Source: an uncultured delta proteobacterium (GTDB taxonomy: Bacteria; Desulfobacterota; Binatia; UBA9968). From it: a stretch of DNA of 64,000 nucleotides. The notes beneath the pieces are model-generated. The model searched no databases, had not been told where the DNA came from, and saw only the letters and a program-made list of their open reading frames with translations. The translations under genes and the position numbers were made by a program. Each line of letters begins with the position of its first letter. Within the stretch, counting starts at the first letter, position 1. The stretch is from contig CAWJBB010000041.1 of assembly GCA_963840855.1 (NCBI GenBank), positions 256,001 to 320,000 on the forward strand, given 5' to 3'. Shown here in pieces: positions 32,393-41,904 of the stretch.

Positions 32393-33421
32393 ATGCATTA
32401 CAGTATGGCGATCTCCGCATTGGCGCTGGTGGTATCGCAGATTTCCTTTGTAACCTATTGCGGCGCTCAGGCGTCCGATCCCAAAGTCATCGAAGCGGCG
32501 AAGAAAGAGGGCGGTGAGATCGAGGCCTACGCAGCGCTGCGCACGGAGACCGCGATGACTGTATGGAAGATGTTCGAGACCAAATATCCGTTCTTGAAGG
32601 TTAAGCAGTACAAAGCCGACAGCGACAAGATGCTGCAACGTTTGGCGACGGAGTACCGCGCCAAGAAGTACCTTGTCGATGTGTTGAATTTCGGCGGTGG
32701 TTTTCATACCCAGGTGTTGATCGACCAGGGTATCGCGGGTGCTTATCTTTCGCCGGAGACGAAGCACTATGCCCCGGCGTTCAAAGACAAAAACGGGCTA
32801 TGGACGACGCTTTACTACAACCCGTTAACCATCGTATATAACGCCAAGGCGCTAGCGCCCAATGAGCGCCCGAAAGATTGGTTCGATCTACTGAATCCAA
32901 AGTTGAAGGGCAGGCTGGCACTCGAACAGGAGCAGGTCACCTGGTATGCGGGGATGTTGAAACGCTACGGCGCGGAGAAGGCCAAGCACTATATGCAGGC
33001 GCTGGCGAAGCTCGATCCTCGCCCCGAGCAATCGTCACGGGGGAATGCGCTGCTCGCCGCCGGCGAGTTTGCGGTTTACGTCGGCCGCGGTCACGTCGCC
33101 GAGATGTTTAAGAAGAAGGGAGCGCCGGTGGAGTGGATCAAGAACCCCGATCCTTTGGTCGTGCAGCCGGCGACGGTGCAGATTGCCAAGAATCCGCCGC
33201 ATCCAAACTCTGCCAAGCTATTAATCGACTTCATGTTGTCGGAACAAGTGGCTGAATTGTTGGCTAAAGAGCAGCGTTTGCCGGGCCGCAGCAACGCCAT
33301 CAACCTGGACCCTGCGTTTAAGGAAATCAACGCCGAGAAAATTTTTCCGCTTTCGATGGAAGAGGTGCAGAAAAATTACAAGCGCTATCTGGATGAGTTT
33401 CGAGGTTATTTTGGCAGTTAG
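32393..33421 (+). CDS. ABC substrate-binding protein (FbpA/AfuA iron-like family)
   Basis: IEAAKKEG, FETKYP, YNAK, PKDWFDLL, PHPNSAKLLIDFMLS. Confidence 0.82.
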   Translation: MHYSMAISALALVVSQISFVTYCGAQASDPKVIEAAKKEGGEIEAYAALRTETAMTVWKMFETKYPFLKVKQYKADSDKMLQRLATEYRAKKYLVDVLNFGGGFHTQVLIDQGIAGAYLSPETKHYAPAFKDKNGLWTTLYYNPLTIVYNAKALAPNERPKDWFDLLNPKLKGRLALEQEQVTWYAGMLKRYGAEKAKHYMQALAKLDPRPEQSSRGNALLAAGEFAVYVGRGHVAEMFKKKGAPVEWIKNPDPLVVQPATVQIAKNPPHPNSAKLLIDFMLSEQVAELLAKEQRLPGRSNAINLDPAFKEINAEKIFPLSMEEVQKNYKRYLDEFRGYFGS

Positions 33422-33587
33422 CTGGCTACTGAAAAACCGATTTTCGTGCTTCGAGAACCTCAGCACGAACGGAGAATTACTGCGAGTTAAGGTGTTTATC
33501 CGTTCGCTGCCCTGAGCGGCATCGAAGGGTGAACGGATAATTTTTCACGCCTGCTAGTACAAATCCGCAACCATAACCGAGTGACAT

Positions 33588-33974
33588 ATGCCCAAGACGC
33601 AAGCCAAACCTGACCTCCGTACCGTTACCATCGCCATCGTGCGAAAAGGTGCTGAGGCGCAGCGCATTCAAAAAAAACTTGAATCAGAGGGCATCGAGAG
33701 CTTCCTCGCTACCGAGCGGAGTTTCGCGATCAACAAATCGAAGAGCAAGGAGTTGGGCGCGGTCAAGGTTCAAGTTGGCCGTTCCGATGTCCAACGCGCT
33801 CTGAAAATTCTTGGGGCGGCGAATCTTACCGCCGGCCCTAATCCCGGGGCTGAGGTTAAGGGCCGAAAGGCCGGCAACCCGATTACTCGATTGGTCGAGG
33901 AACTCGATCCAAGATTACAGACCATCGTGGTTATTGCCGTTATCATCGCCGCGTTAGTTCTCTTCCTATCGTGA
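33588..33974 (+). CDS. Putative DUF2007-like membrane-anchored protein
   Basis: EAQRIQKKLESEGIESF..VKVQV..DVQRALKIL; C-terminal TM. Confidence 0.55.
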   Translation: MPKTQAKPDLRTVTIAIVRKGAEAQRIQKKLESEGIESFLATERSFAINKSKSKELGAVKVQVGRSDVQRALKILGAANLTAGPNPGAEVKGRKAGNPITRLVEELDPRLQTIVVIAVIIAALVLFLS

Positions 33975-34067
33975 AACGCCAAAAGCCCCGCTCTCTTGAA
34001 CGCCATTTTACCGGCTGTTATAGATACTAACCATAGAATTGTTAAACAGAACGAGTTTAAGAAAATT

Positions 34068-34207
34068 TATCGCGCCAAGCACGCTAAGCTCGCAAAGAAA
34101 GATTCTCTGTCGTTTCGACCGAAGGGAGAAATCTTTCTTAGATCCCTCGCATTCGCTCGGGATGACGGGCCTCGGCCCGTCACCTTGGCGTTCTTTGCGC
34201 GAGATAC
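34068..34207. repeat. Nested intergenic palindromic repeats
   Basis: tatcgcgccaagcacgctaag...cttggcgttctttgcgcgagata enclosing a gtcgtttcgaccgaagggagaaatct...gctcgggatgac module. Confidence 0.55.
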
Positions 34208-34428
34208 AATCTTTTCCGCTCTTCTCGTAATCGGAAAAAATTCAAATATGTTTGGCTAGCCTTTAAGAGCCGGTTAGAATGCCGGCCGAACGGTATTATC
34301 AATGAACGTGGATCGTGTTCATTTAGGAATAAAAGATTTATGGGAAAAATCAAGTTTAGAGTTATAAATCATTGTATTAATTAAGAATTGCTCGGACAAT
34401 CCTGGCACAATGAGGTCTCAAAAAAACG

Positions 34429-35674
34429 ATGGGTGATTACGTTAAAGAGCACTACGATTTTCCCTTGACCAAGAAGAGCGAGAACAAGCCGCTCAAAGGG
34501 GTGCGGGTGATCGACGCCGGCAATATGGTTGCGGCTCCCTTTGCAACGGTATTGCTGGCCGATTTTGGCGCCGATGTGATCAAGATCGAACATCCGAAAT
34601 ACGGTGACGGGCAGCGAAAGCTTGAGCCCATCATGGACGGGATTCCGCTCTGGTGGAAGTCGGTGTCGCGCAACAAGCGGTGCATTACGTTGGACTTGGG
34701 AAAACCGGAAGGTGGTGAAATTTTCAAGGCATTGATCAAAGGAACGGATGTAATCGTCGAGAATTACCGCCCCGGCACTTTCGAAAAGTGGGGCATCGGC
34801 TACGACACAATTCGCGCTATCGATCCGCGCATAATTTTACTGCGTATTTCCGGCTTTGGGCAGACCGGGCCATATAAAAACCGCGCTGGTTTCGGCCGCG
34901 TCGCCGAAGCCATGAGCGGGCTTACGAATCTTATCGGCGAGCCGGACGGCCCGCCGATGTCGCCGGGCTACCCGCTGGGCGACTTGATCGCCGGAATTTT
35001 CGGTTCTCTCTCAGTCATGATGGCGCTCTATCACCGCGATTTGCGCGGCGGCGAAGGGCAGGTGATCGACCTGGCGCTTTACGAAGCGGTGTTCCGCTTC
35101 CTCGATTTCGATCCGATTCAGTACGATCAAATGAAAATCGTCCATAGGCGCACGGGCAACCGCGTGGCCTATGTAGCGCCGAGCTCGATGTTCAAAACGA
35201 AGGACGGCAAATATCTCACCCTGGCCGCGAGCACGCAAAATGTATGGTTACGGTTGGCCGAAGCGATCGGCCGCAAGGAGCTGACGACCGATCCAAAGTT
35301 CATCGATAATCCGGCGCGCGTCGAGAACTCCGTGGAGATCAACGGCATCGTCGGCGAATGGATCGAAGGGCATACCCGTGAGGAAGTGATCGAGCACTTC
35401 GATAAGTTCGGCGTCGCCTATTCGTCGGTGTTCGACATGGAAGACGCCTTTCGCGACCTTCAATACCGCGCTCGCGAGGCGATGGTTCGCGTGCCGGACC
35501 CCGACCTCGGCGAAGCGGTGGTTCAGAACGTGGTCCCCAAATTCTCCGCGACGCCTGGCTCCGTCGATTTCCTCGGCGCAGCCGATGGGCGCGCACAACG
35601 AAGAGATTTACGGCGGTGAGTTGGGCCTTTCCTCAGAGCGATTAAAAGAACTGCGCGACGCCGGCATTATCTGA
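34429..35674 (+). CDS. Class III CoA-transferase, frameshift near the 3' end (~35580)
   Basis: PLKGVRVID, ADFGADVIKIE, RNKRCITLDL, ENYRPG; the tail PMGAHNEEIY...LRDAGII* is in another frame. Confidence 0.9.
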
Positions 35675-36294
35675 TCCCGCGCCCGCATGATTTTTAGCGG
35701 CGCAGCGCGGTATATTTCCCTGCTTCACCGCTCTATTCATTCTGCCTTTCTAACTCCAGATACAAGCATAGTGGTTCACTAATCTCCGACGCTGGCGTCC
35801 GGCGTGCTCTTTTTCGGACTCCTGATCGATTTAGTTTGGATCGGCCAGGTCAACGGCCGCCGATTCGGGAACAAGTCTAGCGTGAAAACCGGCATATAGT
35901 TTCACCACACCTCTTGCCAGAATAGTTCGTTCTCATCTAAATTGAGTCCCGCCGATGTGGCGGGGCGCTGGGGTCGCCATCCCGGCATCCTGGCACTAAC
36001 GTGCTCGTGAAGCGTGTGCGATAGGGTTGGATAGCGCGTTACCTTGAACCTTTGAACATTGAACTTTGAACGGCCGTGAGGCTTTGAACGAAGCGCCTGT
36101 CCTGAGCGCAAGGAATGGGTCGAGTTGTTATCCCGTTTGTGTACCGATACAATTGCTCCATCGCCGCCAATTTTTTCAAAGGAATGCGTTTGGAGCAGAT
36201 CTATAAAAAAGCCGGTGAATACTATACTAGCAAGTAGACTGCATACCTCCCGCTCATTCCAGCGGCAGCCTACCACGTTTGTTTCATTTTGAGG

Positions 36295-36888
36295 TTTTGA
36301 GAATTCTCGAAACGTGGAAACGTGGGCGGGACGGGTGGAGTGGCGAGAACGTTCACGAATCCCGAGCACGTTCTGCCGGCTCTCGCCGAAATAACTCTTT
36401 TTTGATTGAATATTGCATCGCAAAAGCAGGATCTTGGAGTGGTGGTGGACATCCGGCTCGCTCGTACTTGTTATTCAACGACATGAACCGAGCGCCGGTC
36501 CTAAACGATTGGAACGATTGGAACTGCTGGAACGTTTGGAACGGCCCCTTCCAAACCCTTCGTCAGTGGCCGGAAACGGGACGGAGAGATCAATCATGAT
36601 GGTCTTGGCGGTGATTCTAGAAACCGGCTCATCCGGGTAATCTTCGATCGTCTCACCCGTCTGGATCACATTTTGAACTTCGTCCTCGCTGATACGCCGC
36701 TGGTACATACGCTGGATCGCGTGGACCCTAAAGACGAACCGTTCAAAAGCCACATCCCGACCCTTTCAGCGAAGCATGTTATCTTACAATGATTTTGGTT
36801 GCCAAGAAAAGCAACCTAGGGGCCGCCCCTTGGGTCTTTGCTCTTAAGTTTTGGGAAAAGCAGAATGTCCTCCCCTGAGTTGGTATGA
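36295..36888. repeat. Modular repeat, copy 1, interrupted by a reversed toxin-gene fragment
   Basis: Five conserved blocks shared in the same order with 37510-37899. Confidence 0.8.
36630..36753 (-). pseudogene. DUF4258 toxin, N-terminal half
   Basis: MAFERFVFRVHAIQRMYQRRISEDEVQNVIQTGETIEDYPD, then runs into repeat sequence. Confidence 0.8.
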
Positions 36889-36933
36889 ATCACGCTCAGG
36901 GCCCTCTGTTTTCATTCGCAAGCGCGCGTTTCC

Positions 36934-37095
36934 GATCGCTACCCCAGTCGTTTAGTGCTGGGGTGGCACGGACCGCGGCCCATACATGTCGTGGTCGCCG
37001 ACAATACTCATGATAGAGAGAACATTGTCATAACAGTTTATGAGCCGGATCCGTCCGAGTGGGAGACAGATTTCAAAAGGAGAAAAGTGTCATGA
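36934..37095 (+). pseudogene. DUF4258 toxin, C-terminal half
   Basis: Manual translation DRYPSRLVLGWHGPRPIHVVVADNTHDRENIVITVYEPDPSEWETDFKRRKVS*; stop overlaps the antitoxin ATG (ATGA). Confidence 0.8.
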
Positions 37096-37319
37096 AGTGC
37101 GTTGTTTGCAAAAAGGGTGAAACCAAGGCTGGAACGACCACGATGACACTCGAAAGGGACGGTGCCACGCTGGTATTCAAGAGCGTCCCAGCGCGAGTGT
37201 GCGCCAACTGTGGTGAAGCGTATGTAGATGGAGAGATTACGGCCCATCTTCTCAAAACCGCTGAAGAGGCCGCCCGCTCCGGGATTCAAGTTGAAATCCG
37301 CCAGTACAATGCAGCCTGA
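37092..37319 (+). CDS. MqsA/YgiT-type zinc-finger antitoxin
   Basis: MKCVVC...VPARVCANCGEAY. Confidence 0.88.
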   Translation: MKCVVCKKGETKAGTTTMTLERDGATLVFKSVPARVCANCGEAYVDGEITAHLLKTAEEAARSGIQVEIRQYNAA

Positions 37320-37509
37320 CCGCTGAGGTCGTGTTCGAGGCAATTCGGGAACTGATGAGGCCACTCCAAAGCGCAGAAAAATCGGGTTTCTGGTGGAAGA
37401 AAAGGCTGCCGCCTACGGGCGGCGGTAATGTCCATGTTTCGGAATACACGCTACGTAAACACGCCTCACTCCCGCCTGTTGCCTAATGCCTCGTGCCTAT
37501 TTTACATTT

Positions 37510-37899
37510 CGACGTTTCGGGAATTCTCAAAACGTGAAAGTGTCAGCGGGGAGGGTGGAATGGTGAACACGAGCACGATCACGCTCTTAATCCGCCCACG
37601 AGCACGATTCACGCCCACGATCCCCATCCGACCCGCGCCCACGTTTCACGAGTCACGAGCACGTTCTGCCAGCTCTTGCCGAAAGAACCCTTTTTTGATT
37701 GTATGGCCCATCGCCGAAGCGGGATGTTTTGGTGATGGTGGACATCCGGCTCGCTCGCCCAGCGCAAACTCACCCGGGCTTTCCCTTCGTCGGTGGCCGG
37801 AAACGGGACCGAGAGATCAATCATGATGGTTTTGGCGGTGATTCTAGGAACCGGCTAAGTTTTGGGAATAGCAGAATGTCCTCCCCTGAGTTGGTATGA
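37510..37899. repeat. Modular repeat, copy 2
   Basis: Direct repeat of the 36295-36888 blocks with different spacers. Confidence 0.8.
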
Positions 37900-37990
37900 T
37901 GCTAGACCCGACCCCTCGGAAGTACGACCCCTCGGAAGTAGTCCACAGACGGTAATGCTTTGCAGACATGAAGCGTGAGCGAGCGCGGAA

Positions 37991-38323
37991 ATGAAAACAA
38001 AAAAGTTTATTTACAGCCAAGCCTTATCATCATGTTGTAATTACAAAACTTTGCTTGCGCAAAGCCGAGCCGGCGGGTTCGTATCCCGAAATTGTTTGAA
38101 ATGTGGCAAATCCCATTATGTCAACTATTCACAGCTGCCTGCATTGGAGTGTGAATTCTGTAACGGTTCATTGCAAGTAAGGAAGTTGGATGGGACTAAC
38201 TATCATTATGTGTGCGAGTCCTGTGACAGGTCATGGTTACTTGCCTCGGTCCTCCCAGAATGGAGGGAGCTGTTCGAGTATTCAGGCCTTGCTGCATCCG
38301 GCGATATTCCTGAACCGATATAG
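37991..38323 (+). CDS. Cys-rich multi zinc-ribbon hypothetical protein
   Basis: CC, CLKC, CEFC and CESC pairs in 110 aa. Confidence 0.65.
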   Translation: MKTKKFIYSQALSSCCNYKTLLAQSRAGGFVSRNCLKCGKSHYVNYSQLPALECEFCNGSLQVRKLDGTNYHYVCESCDRSWLLASVLPEWRELFEYSGLAASGDIPEPI

Positions 38324-38660
38324 TAATAGGAAACGTCGTTACTTGGTCATACGTCGAGGAAGCCGCTTCAAAGATATTCAATGTTTACGTCTACCGGAGC
38401 AAGCTCGAATGGGCAAGAGAATGTTGGCGGCATTTTGCGGCCCCGGGCCATGTGTTATGAGCACGACGGCCTGGGGCAGCTCACGAACGCGTACCATGAT
38501 TTCGATTGAGTTTTTGGATGAGATCACACCGTCGAGCGACACCGAGTGATGCGTCTACATCAATGATAGACTGCATTCGAGAGTGAGCGCTCTGTTTCGT
38601 GATTGCGTTTGATGTAATTACACATCTCCGGCCGCTGAAAACCTAAATAAGAACGGCAAA

Positions 38661-39956
38661 ATGGCAGCGAACATTCCAGCCTGCTTTTTCATGTTGTGCA
38701 CGGATAACATGGAAAAAGAATGCCTGGATCGCGGATTATTCGGGCACGGGGAACCGAGCTTCCCGTTCTTACGGTCTGTCAAGAAAGGCGATGTCGGATT
38801 TTTGCTCAACGTCTCTCGGGACGAGCTTTTGGGGGTCTTTGTGGCCGAAAGCGATGTTCGGCTCAACATCGTGCCGCAAGCCTGGAGAGGAGCGTTTCCA
38901 ACTCAGGTAAAAGTCAAGCTGCTCGGGAAACTTCAGCGAATTAGCGCCACATCCAATTTAGAAAAACACATCGAATTGAGACTGATGAAGGGAAGGAATT
39001 ACAAGATCCCATCCAAAAGCACCTACGGGCCGGATATAACGGAGAAGGTATTAACACTTTTTAAACTGACTGAGGGTGTTGTAACTGCTGGGCAGTCGAC
39101 GGCTGTTCCAGAAGCGGAAGTTGTAACCGAGCATAGTTTCCAAGACGTTGCCGGTTTACTTCCGATTAAAGAGTTTATTTATCAGAGGATCATCGCTCCT
39201 TTCGAAGACGAGGAGACTGCTTATCGATTGCGCTTGAGGCTAGGGGGCGGCATGCTCCTGGTCGGACCGCCCGGCACCGGTAAAACACTGGTGGCCAGTG
39301 CGATTGCCCGGCACATGCAAGCCAAGTTTGAGGAGATTAGCCCGTCTGTTGTTATAGGGTTTCCCGGAGAGGCTGAAAAAAGAATTGAAAATATCTTTAC
39401 GTCGCTTGATCGAGAGCCCAGAGCCGTGCTGTTTTTGGATGAGGCGGAGTGGATTTTGTGCAAGAGAGAGGAACAATCTTCCTCCGTGATGCAGCGAATT
39501 ACACCTGTTTTGTTGGCTCAACTCAGCCGGATTTTCAAACAAAAGGCAAAAGCCATCGTCGTAGTCGCCGCGACCAACAAACCGGAGATGATTGACCCTG
39601 CGTTTTTCAGACCCGGCAGATTCGACAAGATTTTCGTCGTCGATTTGCCCGACGAAGGTGCGAGAAGAGGGATTTTAAACCTCCAGCGCCAAGGCAGGGC
39701 AAATGATCTAAGCGAGAATGATATCAGTGACGTGGCAGCGCGGTTGGAGGGCTATTCAGGTGCGGATATAGAAAACATCCTGGAAGAGGCTGCTTTTGCG
39801 GCTTTCGACAGAAGGAGTAAAAATACACCGGCTATCACTAGGCAGGATGTTATCGCTATCGTGACCAAGACGCCTCGATCTGTGACTACCGAGGAAGTCC
39901 AGAAGATCAAACGATGGGCACAGCAAAGGGGATTGAATCAACACTCATTGGAATAA
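38661..39956 (+). CDS. DCD (EVE-like) domain fused to a classical CDC48/Vps4-type AAA ATPase
   Basis: N-terminal FMLC..MEKECLDRGLFG, VKKGD.GFLLN, LLGVFVA, NIVPQAW..FPTQV; AAA motifs GPPGTGKT, LFLDEAE, AATNKPEMIDPAFFRPGRFD, GYSGADI. Confidence 0.78.
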   Translation: MAANIPACFFMLCTDNMEKECLDRGLFGHGEPSFPFLRSVKKGDVGFLLNVSRDELLGVFVAESDVRLNIVPQAWRGAFPTQVKVKLLGKLQRISATSNLEKHIELRLMKGRNYKIPSKSTYGPDITEKVLTLFKLTEGVVTAGQSTAVPEAEVVTEHSFQDVAGLLPIKEFIYQRIIAPFEDEETAYRLRLRLGGGMLLVGPPGTGKTLVASAIARHMQAKFEEISPSVVIGFPGEAEKRIENIFTSLDREPRAVLFLDEAEWILCKREEQSSSVMQRITPVLLAQLSRIFKQKAKAIVVVAATNKPEMIDPAFFRPGRFDKIFVVDLPDEGARRGILNLQRQGRANDLSENDISDVAARLEGYSGADIENILEEAAFAAFDRRSKNTPAITRQDVIAIVTKTPRSVTTEEVQKIKRWAQQRGLNQHSLE

Positions 39957-39989
39957 CGCCTGAGTTTCTGAGCGCAATCCGACTGTAGC

Positions 39990-40525
39990 ATGGCAATTAA
40001 GACTGAAAATTCCGCTCAAATCATCGATCAATTAACACTCTTGAGATTGGTCGTTGGCTTCCTAGGCTCAGCGCAAGCAGTCGGGCTGGTGGGATTCCGA
40101 TTTTCTTGACGGCACGGGGTCGCGGTTCTTGGAAACCATCTTTCCGCGGACGGCGAGGGCTGCGGCATTGCGGTCGACCACCGAGGCGGCCTGCCTCGTT
40201 CACGATAAGGCTCTTGGCCGGGTGGGAAGCTATCACTTGTTTCGGTTCCCACCCGCTTTAGAAGATCGGCTAGAGCATGACTTAGGGCTAATGGATTGGG
40301 CCGAAGCGGGCAAGCAGATCGAGTCACGAGAAGTCGCAACTGATGTCGTTGAAAAAACTGGCGGATGCCGTCATTAAGGCACCGGCCGGCCCGGTCCAGG
40401 TCGGCGTGGAACGTCGAATCGTGACCTCCACGGCCATTCACGAACTCGCCGCGCATTATCATTCTGCTTTTCAAGAGGGGATTCGCTGTTTTCCCTATTT
40501 TGCACCGGAGAAAAATGCACGCTGA
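39990..40525 (+). CDS. brxE: BrxE family protein (two apparent frameshifts)
   Basis: LRLVVGFLG / QSGWWDSDFL...IFPRT...EAACLVHDKALG..SYHLFRFP..LE / ...FPYF. Confidence 0.78.
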
Positions 40526-41308
40526 GAAAAATTACACAACGCAACTTGGCGCTGGTCTCGGCATGATTCCACGAGACGATGGATTTGTTGCGTCTATGGG
40601 AGCCCGGCTTAACTCCGCATGCAGTTGGCAGACCGGGCTGTGGAGATCGGCTTGTTTTCTAGAACTACAGCGCGTCGCGCCAGGAACCTAACAATTGAAA
40701 TGTTCGCACCTCGCTATCTAGTAGGTCAAGGTGACGCTGCGTCTCGAATTAAATTCTTGCTCGAAAACCGGTTCCCCCACGAGGGGCTGATCCAGCTTTT
40801 CTTTTTGCAAACGGCGCGCGCGCAGCAAATTTTCGCTGACTTTGTCGTTGAGGTTTATTGGCCAAAGTATAGTGCGAGCGCCTCGTTCTTAAACAAAGAT
40901 GATGCAATGCGTTTCATCCAAAGAGCGAGTGACAGTGGTGTCATAGCAAAACGCTGGTCCGAGTCGGTGGTCGACAATGTAGCCGGTTATCTGATCGGTT
41001 GTTGCGTCGATTTCGGACTGCTTGGAGAAGGCAAGCGTACCGAACGCCCGATTAAGCGCTTCTCGATTCGTAAAGACGTGGCGCTCTATCTTGCTCATGA
41101 GCTTCACTTTGACGGACTAAGCGATCTGGCGGTCCTTCAGCATCGCGACTGGCAGCTGTTCGGTTTGGAATTTCAGGATGTAGTCGAGCTAATAAAGAGC
41201 GTCAGCCACGATGGCCATCTGTTAATTCAGTCGACTCCCGACCTGGTTCAGATCTCATGGAAATATCGCACCATGGAGGACTGCCTTAGTGTACTCACTC
41301 AAAGATAA
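40515..41308 (+). CDS. brxA: BREX BrxA (DUF1819 family), 5' frameshifts
   Basis: YTTQLGAGLGMI, TARRARNL..EMFAPRYL, WSESV, DFGLL, DWQLFGL; position in operon. Confidence 0.78.
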
Positions 41309-41888
41309 GTTTGACGAGGTCTGTCTCCGTCTAGGCCAGGGCCGACGTTTGGAAAGTATGGGTTCCGATCCCATTTATTATCTTGTGTTTCCGGTTAGCG
41401 ACATCATTGAGGTAAAGCGACAAACCCGTGCATGGGTCGCCAAGTTAGAGAACCAGGGATGGCATGTCGTTATATTCTCGATGGCGAAGGCGGTTAACGG
41501 CGTTCTTGGTAACCACAAGCTTCGCAAGCAATGGCTCGTTGGAGAAAAAATGCTGCTCGATCAAGCTGAGCGCACCGGCAAGCCCGTCGAGTTCGGCGAG
41601 ATCAATAAAACCTTGGCGAAGGCGCTTACCGAAGGGCCGGAGTTGCTGGCGTTGCTCAAATCTAAAATGGAGGAAGCCTCTTCGAATCCTGGCGGCTTGC
41701 TACTGGTCACGGATTTGGAAGCGCTTCACCCGTACCTTCGGATTAATAGCATCGAATCCCAGCTTCAGGGCGCGATCCGCTGCCCAGTTTTGGTCTTGTA
41801 TCCCGGAAAACGCGAAGGAAAGACCAGCCTGCGGTTTCTTGAATTCTATCCCGCCGACCCCAATTATCGCTCCGAACACATCGGATAG
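41289..41888 (+). CDS. brxB: BREX BrxB (DUF1788 family)
   Basis: DPIYYLVF, DLEALHPYLR, VLYPGKREG..LRFL, NYRSEHIG. Confidence 0.85.
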   Translation: MYSLKDKFDEVCLRLGQGRRLESMGSDPIYYLVFPVSDIIEVKRQTRAWVAKLENQGWHVVIFSMAKAVNGVLGNHKLRKQWLVGEKMLLDQAERTGKPVEFGEINKTLAKALTEGPELLALLKSKMEEASSNPGGLLLVTDLEALHPYLRINSIESQLQGAIRCPVLVLYPGKREGKTSLRFLEFYPADPNYRSEHIG

Positions 41889-41904
41889 TGAAGGAGTGTC
41901 TGCC

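Noticed and set aside
36295-37940. Possible CRISPR array
   Set aside because: Only two long copies, no regular repeat-spacer period and no cas genes.
38324-38660. Possible gene between the zinc-ribbon and DCD-AAA genes
   Set aside because: Only short frames without RBS or motif; cannot be supported.
41464-41904. N-terminal extension of BrxC shown in the ORF track
   Set aside because: Overlaps brxB in another frame; RBS and family start fit ATG 41905.
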